Part shown: piece after piece, positions 31,080 through 43,728 of the stretch | Numbering within the stretch: position 1 is the first letter of the stretch | Layout of the letters: every line of letters starts with the position of its first letter | From: Ramazzottius varieornatus | Taxonomy: Eukaryota; Animalia; Tardigrada | Assembly (NCBI GenBank): GCA_001949185.1 | Contig: BDGG01000012.1 | Location: 178,973-242,972, forward strand | DNA length: 64,000 nucleotides | Reading direction: 5' to 3' | The notes under the pieces: generated by a model | The model's input: only the letters and a program-made list of their open reading frames with translations | Told to the model about the DNA's origin: nothing | Database searches by the model: none | Program-made: the position numbers and the translations under genes

Positions 31080-32378
31080 CTATGAGTGGAATTTACTGGG
31101 AATAATATTCGGTTTCAACAACAAGGATTTCAGTTCAGACCAGGAACAGACCGCCTCTCCTCTGGGAAGTTCTTTCTCGCCAGCAGTCATTCTCGGTTGG
31201 AAGGTTCCCTGAAACTCTATCGTACACACCACTCTAAACCGTGGAATCATTTCCGTCTGATAGAACACAACCGCCGGCAGACTATCCGCCACCTCCAGTT
31301 TCCATCTCTGCATCAACGGAGTGATCAAATCATGCGTTCTTGGACCTGGTTGCTTCCATTTGAGAAACTCTCCCATCACTTTTTTGTGAAACGATTGAAA
31401 CGACGAAAACAATTCCGTCGCCTTAGCGGGTTCTCCAATCTTTCCAGCAGGCGGAAAGATATCGAGAGGCTTGAAAGGTTCGGTTGGAAGAGCACCAGGA
31501 GACAAAACGGGCGGAAGAATCGTATGGACGATTTTACCTTGTTGATCGACGCTGCATTCTAAAGATCTCGTCATGTCCTTCTCCAAGAAATGCGCCTCAC
31601 AAATCTGTAAAGTTTCGGGTATGGCAGTACCACTCCTGGCTTCTCTCGGTAAGGCTCGAAGCCATGCGAAGTAGTCTGGGGTGCCTTTCGCTCGGAAGTA
31701 GACGAAGCGCTTGACAGCGACGTTAGGCGTTATACCGTAACCACAATCAGAAACCCAACACGTAGCGTTCTCGAAACTACCTTCCATACCCTCTGTTACT
31801 TTTAGTTTCTTATAGTGGAGCTGCTCAGGGGGTAGATTAGCTTGGACGGTCTTGAACAGGCAGTAGAACTGGGAAGGGACGGATTCAGTCTTGAGGTGCG
31901 CGCGTTCACGTGGGGTGCCTGCTTTGGTGAGCTCTCGGTAGTCTTCCGGTTTGAAGTGATCACTGCAGATACGAGCATTTTTGGGGTTCGGCATGTCTTT
32001 ACGCTGACAGAGCTTGACCCAGATTGAGCGCAGATGATCATTGGAAGGGAATTTGTGGAAATGAACGTATTCAGAGCCAGTGCGAAAGAAGTAGTGGGGG
32101 CAATGAGCAACTGCGCAGTCGACTCCATGTGGCTTGCGCTTTCTCTTGCGCGTCTAAAAACACCAAATACAGCTCGCGCAGATACGACTGTACAAAGATG
32201 TTCTTACTTTCGGTTGTTCGATCTTCACAACGATGTCAGGAGCGGAAGCAGGCTCGGGGGAAGCAGGAGAAGCGACAGGGAGAGTGGACGATTCCCCTAA
32301 AGTAGACATTAACGGTCGCGCAGCTGTCACTTGTGCTGCTGATCCACGTCGCTCAGCCATGATGCTTGCGAGAATCAT
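31080..32378 (-). CDS. Protein with two THAP zinc fingers; 2 exons
   Basis: Intron 32154-32207. THAP1: CAVAHC...FHKFP...W...ICSDHF...ESVPS. THAP2: CWVSDC...W...ICEAHF...GALPT. RKRKRK NLS-like and VKIE SUMO-like motifs. Start codon uncertain. Confidence 0.8.
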
Positions 32379-33006
32379 GTTGATGGCACTGAAAGGGGTT
32401 ATCCTGGTCTAGTCTAAAGGGTGAAGAGTCCTGGAACACGGGAGTGTACTCTCGCAGCTTACAGCGCGAAGAATTCCGATGTCTGAAAAACCGTCAAAAT
32501 TCAAAACGAAAATAAAAGGTGTTTTACGGTTCAGTGGGTTCACTGAAGATGGAATTGCGAAAGCCATTCCGTTTGACGCATACTGCCCATCATACTATGT
32601 AGTTACAAAGCGTGTTGATGTCCATTGATTACAAGGTCCTTGATTGGTAAAAGTATTTCCGGAGAGATTTTCTTGTTTCTCGAGAATCTCTACGGAAGAC
32701 GAGTTGAAGGCTTGAAGCTTGGACGGTAACCGCCAGCGCTTCTTGATACCACTTTCCCAGCTGTGCGTATTTTTTCCATTTCAGGAAGCGGACGAAGGAA
32801 GAAGACCCGAAGAGACTGCTTGGACGAAGGATTGCAGGATGGTCTCACTCTCACAGTGACGGCGCATATTTGGACAACTCCTCGACTCCCGGTGGTACTT
32901 CTTACGTCCTCGTTCTTCTGTGGCTGCCACCATTCTGTTGGAACAGTCAGTGATTTTGCGAGCCGAAATCTTGTGTACGTGTTAGTTTTTTGTGTTTTCA
33001 CCCGTC

Positions 33007-33542
33007 ATGGAAGAAGTTTCGACGGAAGCGCTGATGAATGTCGTCGTTGACGTGGAAAAACTTGGTGATGAGATTATTGCTGATCGCTACAGCATCATCG
33101 ACATGGACCGGATAAGGAACAAGAACAGAGAAGCGCTTAGGTGAGAAAAGAACCTCTCCCTTCTGACTGTCCATCCTGACAGTTCGTCGGTTCATAGTGC
33201 TATAAGGAAACCGAGCGAGTTAATGAAGAAGGAGGAACACGTATGGATGAATATTGGAGACCTCTTTATCAGGACGTCGAAGGATCAACTGGGCGCGATA
33301 CTCGATGAAGGTAATCACGAAAGAAAAGTTTTTCAGGAGAACGACAGTCGGTTGACGGTTCTCTGTTTCTTGTATTTGCAGATCAGAAGTACCTGGATAA
33401 CGAGATCAACAAACTCCGGGATAACCTCAAGCCAAAAGTTGCCAAGATGAATACGGCTCTCGGCAAGCCGGAAGTGAAGGGCTTCGATCTACAGCGTCTC
33501 TCCAAAGAAGAAATGGACGCTGTCCGCCAAGCAATGGGATGA
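33007..33542 (+). CDS. PDRG1: p53 and DNA damage-regulated protein 1 (prefoldin-like); 3 exons
   Basis: IIDMDRIRNKNREAL, VWMNIGDLFI, DQKYLDNEINKLRDNLKPKV, GKPEVKGFDLQRLSKEE; stop TGA at 33540-33542. Confidence 0.88.
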
Positions 33543-33901
33543 AGCTACTAATCACATACGTTTCTAGACCCTTTGTGATCTCGTCTGAATCCGCGGTGAA
33601 ATGTAAGAACCTTGAATTTCGATTACCACAGAAGACTTGCAGTTCAGAAGGGTTCTCCGTGGTTTTCATCCCGTTTTTTGCACGAATTGAAGTTCGGGAA
33701 GTAGTAGACTGATATTCTGGCTTCTTTGGACTGAAGTCGGATGAAATGATTGATAATGTTGTCAAAGGAACCATTATTAAAGTTTTATTGGCGGAAGCCA
33801 GACGTAATTTTGCCTTTATTTTGACAGTACGTCGTACTTCCCACACCCCGATCCCGGTTTGCCTTTAGCGAAGGCTACCCTTGTTGATCTCACATTTAAA
33901 A

Positions 33902-34846
33902 ATGGGCTGTGGTTATAATGCGTCATGTTCCTGTGGATTCGGGAAACATAAGCCCAAAGATGGTCCTCCGCCCATGCCGATGCAAGGTACTCGTGTAATA
34001 TCCTAAATAACCTCCCTAAACTGAGGTCGGATGCTGTCGTGCTAAAGCAGTGTTTTCTGCGACGAAGCTCAACTAAATTGGAAGTTTTGCCACCTTTCGC
34101 ATTTCGCAATAATAAAATGAAGCTTTTTAGTGTTTTCACTATAACGGGAGCGAGCAAACAGATCGTACCAAGATTTCACCTGAAGCGGCGCACGTTTTCA
34201 TCTTGGAAGTGTGCGTCACTTCACTTCACTTCACTATCACATACGTTTTGTTTGCCCAGTTCTCGCACTATTTCAAACATGTTCAGAAATGAAAAGCTTT
34301 GAATTGCGACAAGGCTTCCTGACCTTGTACGCTGGTTGGCATCTGAATTACCGAGAGTCGGATTAAGGAATCGTCTTGCTTTACGTTTTCATCGTGTTTC
34401 TCGCTGAATTTCTCTACATTACAGGTGGTCAGAGAATGTCCGAGCAGTATCAAAGCATCGATGCCGTTCCCATTTTCATGGACGCCGAAGAGCCAGTTAC
34501 TGGACAACCGCAGAGTGTGTCTGGCGCTGGTGCTCCTGCACAGATCCCCGGCCCTAATGCTCAACCACTACCCGGCCAGGGTCAGGCTGGACAGGCTCCA
34601 GTCAGTGGTCAGCAGCCGGTGGCTGGCTCTTTCCCACCGGGAGATCCAAATGCACCTTTAGGAATCGGGGCTCCTCAGGCCAATGTAACGAACACGAGCG
34701 GAAACCCTCAACCTGGACAAGAGCAGGCTCCTTACAATCCCGACCAGCAGCAACCATACAATCCTGGTCAGCAATCTTACAAGCCTGACAACAATCAGCA
34801 GCAATACAATCCACAACAGCAACAGTATAATCCGCAGCAGCAATAA
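33902..34846 (+). CDS. Unknown Q/P/G/N/Y-rich disordered protein with MGC N-terminus; 2 exons
   Basis: Exon 33902-33986 (MGCGYNASCSCGFGKHKPKDGPPPMPMQ) splices in phase 1 across intron 33987-34424 into the Q-rich ORF ending in YNPQQQ repeats. Confidence 0.7.
34146..34263. repeat. Family A element, degenerate (intron of the MGC gene)
   Basis: AAGCGGCGCAC-N17-GTGCGTCACTT; GCAAACA / TGTTTGC arms. Confidence 0.7.
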
Positions 34847-35261
34847 TCAGCCACTATACCTTTAGACACGAACCATAGTTTGATTCACCTTACTCACGAC
34901 TCGAAAACGCTGGACGATTGTTATTGCTCTGTGAGTAGTTCGCTTACTTCCTTTAGCTTCCTCCAAGTCTCTCCTCACGGTTGTTGTCGCCTTCGAGTTT
35001 TCTGAGACTACTTCTGGGTTAAACCTGTTATCTGAACCTATCTGCGGTTATATTGAATACCAAGCTCGGAGTACGAGCCAGAAGTGTGAGGTTGAAGCTC
35101 ATTTGAGTTCATACTTTCTCGTTCCTGGTTATAACGCACAAGACGCGAGACAGACCAACTCCGAGCCATCTTTACTTACGTCTGAAAGGTGTTTAATCGA
35201 CTAAAAACCGTGAATGGTTGCCTGTCATTAGGCTTCAAGATAAAACAGAAAATATCAGGTG

Positions 35262-36055
35262 TTAATAAGCAGCGCCTAGACCTTCTCGCGGACGCTGTTG
35301 TCCAACGCCAGCTGGGCCTCTGTTGCCGTCCTGCAAAAGAAAGACACTTTCATGAACTAGCCGTAGGCAAGAGGCTAGACGATAGAGAAGACCGAGAAGG
35401 GTAAACCAAGACTTACGCGCTGTCCAGCGCCTGGATTGTTAGGCCGAAAACGCTGAGGTGGTGTTCGAATCTTTCGGTCTTCCTTCGAGCGATTACGCAC
35501 GACTTTCGAGTGAATAGCGCAAGAAACACAGTAGTGAAGCTTGGCATACAACTTGGGCAATGCATAGCCGCCTGCTTGCTGTCCTTGTCCGGTGTTAACT
35601 GCAACAGAGGGAACACGATTTTCAGAACGATATGTCCGAGTCAATCGACAATCAACGAAAGCAATTCCAGGGCCAAATCAAATCTTTCAGAAAACCAGCC
35701 CAAAATTCTCCTGTGAATTCCGTTCTCAATATTCCCTCGCCCTTTTCACGCAAACTGTCCACAGCACTTGAAAGGCTATTGTTCCAATGTAAAATTTACC
35801 ATCTGTATAAACGGAAGCTTCGTTGATGTCCCGAACGGCGGCAGCTTCCACGATATTCCTAATCACAAACTTCTTGATGGCCTTGTCCTTGGGAACGCAA
35901 CGGGCACAGTTGATGCATCGAACAAACTTGACGTGACCCCGTCCGTGCTTGGACCGACCAGCATTACGGCGTTTAACAGCCTGGAAGGGGAGAAGAGGAC
36001 GGTTATTCCTACGAGAATTCGGTGCTGAATCAGATGATGTCATTCCACTTACCAT
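35262..36055 (-). CDS. RPS26: 40S ribosomal protein S26 (eS26); 4 exons
   Basis: ATG|GTAAG first exon; [33 protein letters not shown]; [27 protein letters not shown]; stop at 35262-35264. Confidence 0.96.
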
Positions 36056-36678
36056 TCTCACCAACGACGCAGGATCCTCCGGGAAACTTGTAGCAAGCTT
36101 GTTTTCTTAGCCAGGAGAGAATTGATCCAGGTTTCAAACGGTCAAAGGATGAGAAGGAAGGAGCTTGAGCGAAACATGTGAGAAGTTCCCGACGAGTGTT
36201 TCATGACTTTCATCTGAACAAGAAGTGGCAACGAGGTTCTCTGCCGCATCGCCGAAAAGTTTACAGCTGAAATATTCTAGATATTCATCTTGTGACGTAA
36301 CTTATCCGTTTTTGATGGGGTTCGGCCCGTTCTATCCGGGCTGCCAAGTTAATTCCGTGACGCTGACATCATCAGCGACTGTTGCCAGCTGTAATACAGC
36401 TACAAAATGCTTGATTGTTATCTTAACTTCCAGCTGCACAGCTCTACACATATCAAGCGCGCACAGCAGACCACGCCTAGAAAAATGTGCTGTTGGTTGT
36501 TTTCGTTTTGCGAAATTAAATACGTAGGGTAGTCGAACGAAATCCGGATCATTCTTCGCATCGTTCTTCTCGACATGTTTGTAAACAACATTTCTTAGAT
36601 AAAGTTGACACCGGAGCTTCAAGCCAAGATGTTCAGGACTCGGCATCCCTCGCTGGACTTCCATTCTTGTCTGGCACC

Positions 36679-38616
36679 ATGAAATGCCTCGGTGGACTCG
36701 TACACTGCAACCTGTTGCTTCTCCTCTGTTGTTTCTCTTTCCAGTTCAAAGGATGCTTCTCCGGAGTCAACTTGTCCTGCAAGCCGCCCTGTGAATGCTT
36801 CCCACATCCCAACGCTGCAGATTCCCAAAAGTCTCGTGAGCAGGCGGCATCTCTACCTATCCAAAATGTTACTTGCGCTAATGCTGACTGGAAGTTTGTT
36901 CCGAACTTCTTGGATCCGCGCATCCGTCACTTGAACATCACTCGCACTGCCATCACCGATCTCAAGCAGGACCTGAGCAACTACCCATCGCTGCAGACTC
37001 TTGTCTTATCTCATAACAGAATATCCACTGTTGTGGCAGCCAGCTTTCGCCTTTTGTCGCAGCTGACTGTCGTCGACTTGTCCTATAACCAGCTGGATGT
37101 GCTCACAGCCGATGTGTTCAAGCACAGCCCGAATCTCCTTTCCTTGAATCTCTCGCATAATCACATCAGCCATATTCATCCGGAGGTGCTCTCCGATCTT
37201 CCCCTCCTCACGGACCTGGATCTATCGAACAACCACCTTGTTGGTACGACCACCCTAGTTAGCTTTATAATCTGGCAACCGGAAGCGAAATCCGCTGTTA
37301 GTCAAGTGATTTAGGTCAACAGGTGTGTGCCTTTGCAGATATCGACTTCCTGCGACGGAATGCCAGCACTCCTGGTTCCCTTTCGGAGCCAAGAAACCTT
37401 TCCTTGCTGAACCTGGCCGGAAACCTTTTCCGCGAGAACCCATCAAGCTGGGCCAATGCAGCGAAAAACGGAACGTTTCCGGCGCTTAAATGGTCCTCCA
37501 TCTCCGTGCTCAACCTTAGTCGAAACCTGCTCAACATGAACGTGTCTACTATACTCTCCGCCTTTCCTGGGGTCCAGAACCTCATTGTGTCAAACTGTAA
37601 GATAACGAAGCTGGATGTTTCCGCATTCCAAACTTTTCCAAACCTGCATTCGGTCGACTTAACTTACAACGAGATACGTCAGGTGGAAGCTCAGAGCGAA
37701 GAAAGTCTGCTCAAGATACTCCAACGTCCAGGAAGCCTTTCGGTCGACCTTACCGGAAATCCTATCGTCTGTGGTTGTTCACTTATGAGACTTCACAATA
37801 AGATTGGTCCGGAAAAGTTCAGGGAAGCTTTGACAGGTATGAACCATCCACGGTTTGAGAGCTAGGTAAGCAAACTCGGCAAGAGTGTTTTCCTGAGTGA
37901 CGCACGCTTTCAGTTTATAACACCGACAATATGCGCCATTTAGAAGAGCAATCTTGTCGACTTCGTTTTTCCAAGTGGAGCACGCTTCCAGCCAATAACA
38001 CTGGAGCCGCGCGCCACTTGGGAAACGATCTGGCTGACTTCGTTTCAGAGCTCTCGAAATTATATTCAAACATCCGAAAGGATATGTATTTGCTCTTTTA
38101 GGTGTGACTTGTTTGGAGAGGCCATCACAACAGCTGGAAGAACTTCGAGCCAAATGTCTCACTGTCGATCGTCGCTATCTCTTTCCGGTGTTAGTCGCCA
38201 TGTTAGTCGTCTGCTTGCTGATTTGCATGTCCGCCATCCTCTTCGTTGCCTACAAAAGATACAGGAAACGGATACGATCAGCCCCAGCCTCTAAAACCTC
38301 GACTATTAACGAGAAAACCTGGAGCTCGAGTGCGTTGCAGGCGTTAGCCGGACAAGACGACGGGCGACCCATGTACAAGCCGCTGGAGACCCTACCAGAG
38401 AACAGCCTTCTCGAAGACTCGATCTCCATTAGCCAGTCGTTGGATGTAGGTGGGAATTTAGACAGCGAAGCGAGTGGGTCTGATACAGAGCTGGAGGAGA
38501 ACGTCTATGCGACGATAGAGGACTTGTATGTCAACTCGATACATATGGAAGATGAAAGAGCCTTCAGTGTGATGACCATGAACCGGACCGGGAAGGAACC
38601 TGTAACTGAGCTGTGA
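36679..38616 (+). CDS. Type I transmembrane leucine-rich-repeat protein; 3 exons
   Basis: Signal peptide, LRRNT CKPPCEC, extracellular-type LRRs, LRRCT NPIVCGC...C..P...C, TM helix followed by basic stop-transfer, Tyr motifs, C-terminal VTEL. Confidence 0.85.
37859..38053. repeat. Family A element, doublet (LRR-TM intron 37837-38101)
   Basis: Two N25 cores; GAGCT / GAGCTC ends. Confidence 0.85.
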
Positions 38617-39230
38617 AAGAGCGGTTAAAGAATGCTTTCGGTGGAGTGTACTAAGCGTTTTTTTCTACTGCTGTGTCAATCAAAATACTCTGTGCTTTCG
38701 CAAGAGACATCTGCTTTTTTTCATTAAATGGTAGCTACAACTTCTCACAAGTTTGCCTTGAAGGTTTTGTGTATTTGAATCTCTGGTCGAGGAGATCTGC
38801 TTTTATTGATGTTCCTGTTTTATCACCAACATGAACTCTTTTTGGGCTCTCTTGTGCTTGATTACAGTGTAAAAAGAGCAATGTTAGTGCAGTATCAGCC
38901 AGCGGACTTTTCGACAGTCTCTAGGCTCTACGATTTCCTCTGATTCTTTTCAGATTCTGGTCTTCTGGTCACCGACCCACAGTACGGCGTGCCCGCCAGA
39001 GAACCGGAAGTTGGTGGCGCCACCGTGTGGAAGGTCAGTTTACCCCAGTGTAACAATGTCATAACCATTATGCTGTAACAAAAGTTGTTTACTCTGAGAA
39101 TTTAGCGCGATCGAGACAGATCAAGATATTTCTAGACCCCGGTCTTCCAGATCACGCGTAAAAAGTGTGTTTGCAAGATTAAGGTGGTGTGGTAGGCTTG
39201 AGTAAGCACCACGAGTGTACATATGCATGC

Positions 39231-40160
39231 TCAGCTTCGCGGTCTTTTCGAAAGTTCCCTGGCGAGCCAGTCGAGTCCTTCGTACAACCCCTCACCGGTT
39301 GTAGCTGTGGATGCTTGAACGTACCACTACGATTTAAGACAATTGTTCTTTCCTGAGGGAACAAGACATTGAAACGAAAACCGTTTTCTTATGTACCTGT
39401 CGACCGCCCAGCTTATCCAGGTGGAGGGCTGCTGTAAGCTGTGCGGCGGACATAGTGTGCGGCAAGTCCCGCTTGTTCGCGAAAATTAGGACGGGAGCAT
39501 TGCGCAGTTCGTCGGCTTCCAGCTGTAAGACAAAAAGAGGGGTCGGTGATACAGTATATCAAGTTAAAGCACGACGATTCGACTACCAGCAAATATGGGA
39601 CGTGAGCAAACGGTTCGAACCAGATCGTTTTTCTAGATGGCGCGCACTCCCGGCCGAGTGCAATGAAAACGTGCGCCACTTTGTATACCGGTCTGGTTCA
39701 GTCCATTCGCCCACGTTCTAGATGTAGTTATAATTTGGTAGCGACATGTCATACCACTCCGAAAAGTTCTTCGCGCGCTTCCTCCACCCGTGTTTGGTCA
39801 CTGCAATCCACCACAAAAATCAGCGCGTGCGCGTTCTGATAATAATGATGCCACAGCTTTCTCAAGATGAACTGTCCACCAACATCCCAAACGGTAAAGG
39901 TAAGGTTTTTGTACACGACGTTCTCCACGTTAAAACCTGGAAAGGAAATTACGACGTTAGAACCTTTTAACCACAATTCATGGAGCAATGCAGGATCCTG
40001 AAAGACGATTACCAATTGTGGGTATTGTCGATATAACTTCCCCCAATTTCAGCTTGAATAAGATGGTTGTTTTTCCAGCAGCGTCCAGTCCGACCATCAG
40101 GATACTGATGGGCTTGGTTTCAAAAAGGGTGTTCCATAGGTTTGAAAAGAAGACTCCCAT
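39231..40160 (-). CDS. ADP-ribosylation factor family small GTPase (divergent ARF/ARL); 4 exons
   Basis: MG start, [44 protein letters not shown]; stop at 39231-39233. Confidence 0.92.
39597..39718. repeat. Family A element (ARF intron 39523-39754)
   Basis: GGGACGTG end; GAACCAGA / TCTGGTTC arms; N25 core. Confidence 0.8.
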
Positions 40161-40411
40161 GGTGTGGCTTCTTCACGAATGAAAGTGCTGTGAATGGTTC
40201 GCCAACTGGTAGGTCGGAGAATTCCGGATTCCCAAGTTGCAATACAAGCCGATGAAAACCTAAACCTACTGCAGGATAATAAGGCGGCAGGATGTAGAAA
40301 CGGCAGTCTGGAACTGTGAATATTGTTTTGCAGGTCTGCGTCATTTAAATATCGGATTTAACGAAGGGTTGGCTGGTTCCACGCGGAAAGTCCAGCGTGG
40401 AACATTCACCG

Positions 40412-40621
40412 TACTGTATTCCCTCGATAGTTTTGCGAAGTACGTCATCATGCCAGTAAATTACACCCGCACTGGTATCGCTGATTGTTTGATTGTCGCC
40501 TATCATTACAGTTGACTGGGGATCAGTCTTTGATTGAAGGTATAGATACTTTCTGTTCCCCGCCGGATGATATTTACCACGACAGTCACGTGATTCGCAG
40601 AACTTTCGAGGGAATACAGTA
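40412..40621. mobile_element. Family B MITE, TA-flanked, 210-bp copy between ARF and SLC22
   Basis: 26-bp TIRs CTGTATTCCCTCGA(T/A)AGTT(T/C)TGCGAA with 2 mismatches; TA on both sides. Confidence 0.8.
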
Positions 40622-41151
40622 CAGTGCGCTTGACGAGTGACGAGGAAGCCGATGCACTGCATGGGCCGATGACGTTTTCTCATGACGTGTCGCTCGTTTA
40701 TAGAACAGACATAACACACTTCTCTTTTGTTACGTTCGATTAATAGTTTGGTACCAAGAAATTAATAATGATCGACAGTTGTCCGTGTGGTTACCTCCAG
40801 GTGGTTACCTTCAGGTTCGGGAATGTATCTTCCGCTCATATACCGTGGACTGACCGTTGGACACGTCGGATTGCTGTACTCATTCTACGACGGAAAGAGA
40901 GCACGTCGTTACTTTATAGGCTGGTTATTGTGGCGCCAACAGATCGTCAATGGTATCGTATCAGCCCGATGGAATGGCAATACCGCGGTCACTGCAAGTA
41001 GAGTGGGCAGAGCAACAAAAAAGAGTGGTAACTTACTTACAGAGCCGCACTTTTGGCTTTCTCGAGTTCTTCATTCGATCGCAGTGCCTGTGAAGATAGC
41101 CACAGCCACCCGAGAAGCAATCTTCTAAGTTAGCTAGTTCGATTCGGCACC

Positions 41152-43728
41152 ATGAGAGACAGTGTGGCGCACGGTGTGGTGGCCAGCGACCAGAATGTGG
41201 TACTGACGCAATCTCGCGAACTGCGCACCTCCAGTCTGATGCGGGGCGAAGATGACTTGATCAAAGTCGTGGCAGTGGACACTGTCCAGACGCGGCGACC
41301 CGAACGCCGCATTCCCGACCTGGATGTCTTGCTGCGACGACTGGGAAACCCTGGTCGATATGAAGTCTGCATCTTTTTCCTCTTGACTCTCTGCTACATC
41401 ATAGTCGCCGCCAACAATCTGGGCATCATCTTCATGGCCAGAGAACCTTCGGAATATTTGTGCCAGGATGCATTGCCGTTAGCGCAGAACATCATCCTCG
41501 ACGTCAATACGACAGAATGGTATGTCGTGGAGGTTCTGGGCGGTCCGCTGTTGAACTTGACCGACAGGCAGCAATGCACGGTGACTTTCGATCTTCCTCC
41601 GACGTATTACGATCAATTGTACATGTGCAAGAACTGGAGTTTCCCGCAAGCGGATGCCGGAAGTGAACCTAAAACAATCATTACGTCGGTAAGAAGTGGA
41701 TCCAATAACCTCTATTGTACGATACACTGCATATAAGACTACAATATTCGTCTATTTTGCAGTATGGTTTGGTTTGTCAAGAAAGGCACAGAATCGACAT
41801 TGCGACCACAATATATTTTTTAGGTATGCACTATCAGTGATAACGTTAAGAATACGAGAAGCTCTGACGCTAACTCTTTGTACAGGACTGATGATCGGAG
41901 CTCCGCTGTTTGGATATCTTTCGGATTACTACGGCCGAAGAGTCGTCATCCTGATATCCTTGTCGGCGGCAGTCATACTAGGTGTTGGAACTTCCTTTGC
42001 GCTGAGCTATTCGGCATTCGTGGCTCTTCGATTCTTCTTGGGCTTGGCTCTTCAAGTATCTCACGTCGAAGACTTATACCTACAAAGCCATAACAGTTTT
42101 TCAAAACCAAGACAATAGTTGTATCCTCATAGGTTATTTCTATAGGGAACTCAGGTTTGCTTTGTCTTACTTGTGGAATGGCTACCGGTGAACAAACGAA
42201 GCCTTTACGGAGTACTCTCCCAGTGGATCTGGGCTGCCAGCGTCATGTTTCTCGCGCTCCTTGGCTTTATCTTCCCGAACTGGAACGACCTGCAACTGGC
42301 CATATCTCTGATCGCCTTACTTCTCGTCATGGCGTATTTTTTGTATGGCGTATTCCTTGTATTAATATCATAACATAAACGGAGCGTAGGCAAGTGACTT
42401 GAAGCAGATCGTCTTTCCAAGTGGCGCATACTTCCAGCTAACAACCATGAAAACGTGCGCCAGTCGGATGACGATCCGGTTCAATTGATTTGCCTACATG
42501 CCAAACCTGCATACTGAAGTCTGAATCCGAGCCTTCTTTCAAACCGGTGCAGCTTTGTCAAGGAGTCGATTCGGTGGCTCATTCTGGAGAATCGCATTGA
42601 CGACGCTTCGGACTCGATTAACCGGGTTCTCCGTACCAACCACAAGGCTTCCGAGATGAACTGGGAAATGCAGCACGAACTAGTGTCCATTGCTTCCTAT
42701 ATGCAAGGGCAACTTCCCGACGAGAAGCCCGCTTATACCCTCCTCGACTGTTTCCGCCCAACCGGACTTCGACGAACTTCGATTTGCATGATGTACATCT
42801 GGTTCTCCTGCGGCATCGGCTACTACGGACTATTCTTCGCCACGGCACCGCTGGTCGACAACCTAGCCATCAACGTCTTCATCAACGGACTCCTGGAACT
42901 TGTTCCTTGTTTGATATCCCTAATCGTCGTACCTCAGTAAGTGCGAAATGCTAATATCTAAAATATAGGAGCCGGCCAAAGGGACAGAGCTGGATCGTTT
43001 CGGCAAGTGGCGCACGTTTCCAGCCAGTAATAACACAAACGTGCGGACGGCGATCGGGTGTCCATTGCCGTGCGCCCACATAATATGTCTCGGATCTCGA
43101 TCGGTTCTTCGTAGGTATGGCAGGAAGCAACCTATGGTTATCTGGAGTTTCCTCGGTGGCTTCTCTTGTATCCTCAGCTGCCTTGTTCGTGGCTCGGAGC
43201 CATCCATGGACGCTGGTCGCACGGCTCTGATCATCATCGGACGGATGGCTTTGTCAGGCAGTTTCTGTTGCTTCCTCATCTGGACGGCCGAACTATACCC
43301 CACCGTTTTACGAGGCAACGGTATCGGCGTTTGCATGTTTGCATTGCGTTTAGGTGGCGTCTTGGCTCCCCAGTTGCTCTCTTTGGTAAGAGTCGTGATG
43401 TCCTCCCTTCAAACAAATAGAAACTTGACATGTTATCGCGGGTACATGTGCTGAAAAATTATTGTCCTTTTAGGCGTTCGTTACATTCCAAGAGTTTCCC
43501 ATCATACTGATGGGCATCATCGCGTTGGGCGGGGTGGTGGCGGCGTATCCGCTGGCGGAGACGATGAATATGAACTTACCGGATACTGTGGCCGAAGCGG
43601 AGAACTTTGGGTCCAAACCAGTGAGAGACACGCGACGACAGCGACGGCTACCACACCACGGAAGTATCAGCACGCTGGACGGTGGAAGTGTTCGCATGTC
43701 GCAGATCAGCCAGGGAACCGGCACCTGA
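41152..43728 (+). CDS. SLC22-family organic cation/carnitine transporter (MFS); ~7 exons
   Basis: LGNPGRYE, large Cys loop after TM1, GYLSDYYGRR, ESIRWL, YGRK, AELYPTVLRGNGIG, ETMNMNLPDTVAEAE. Confidence 0.92.
42381..42502. repeat. Family A element (SLC22 intron 42343-42552)
   Basis: GTAGGCAA / TTGCCTAC arms; N25 core. Confidence 0.85.
42968..43077. repeat. Family A element, degenerate (SLC22 intron 42937-43114)
   Basis: GATCGTTT..CAAGTGGCGCACGTTT-...-AAACGTGCG; spacer 24 nt. Confidence 0.7.

Noticed and set aside
35600-35799. snoRNA in the 200-nt RPS26 intron (also TGATGA/CTGA boxes in the Rab35 intron ~60198-60407)
   Set aside because: Box-like motifs are present, but stems are weak and I recognised no rRNA guide; needs snoscan/snoGPS or small-RNA data.
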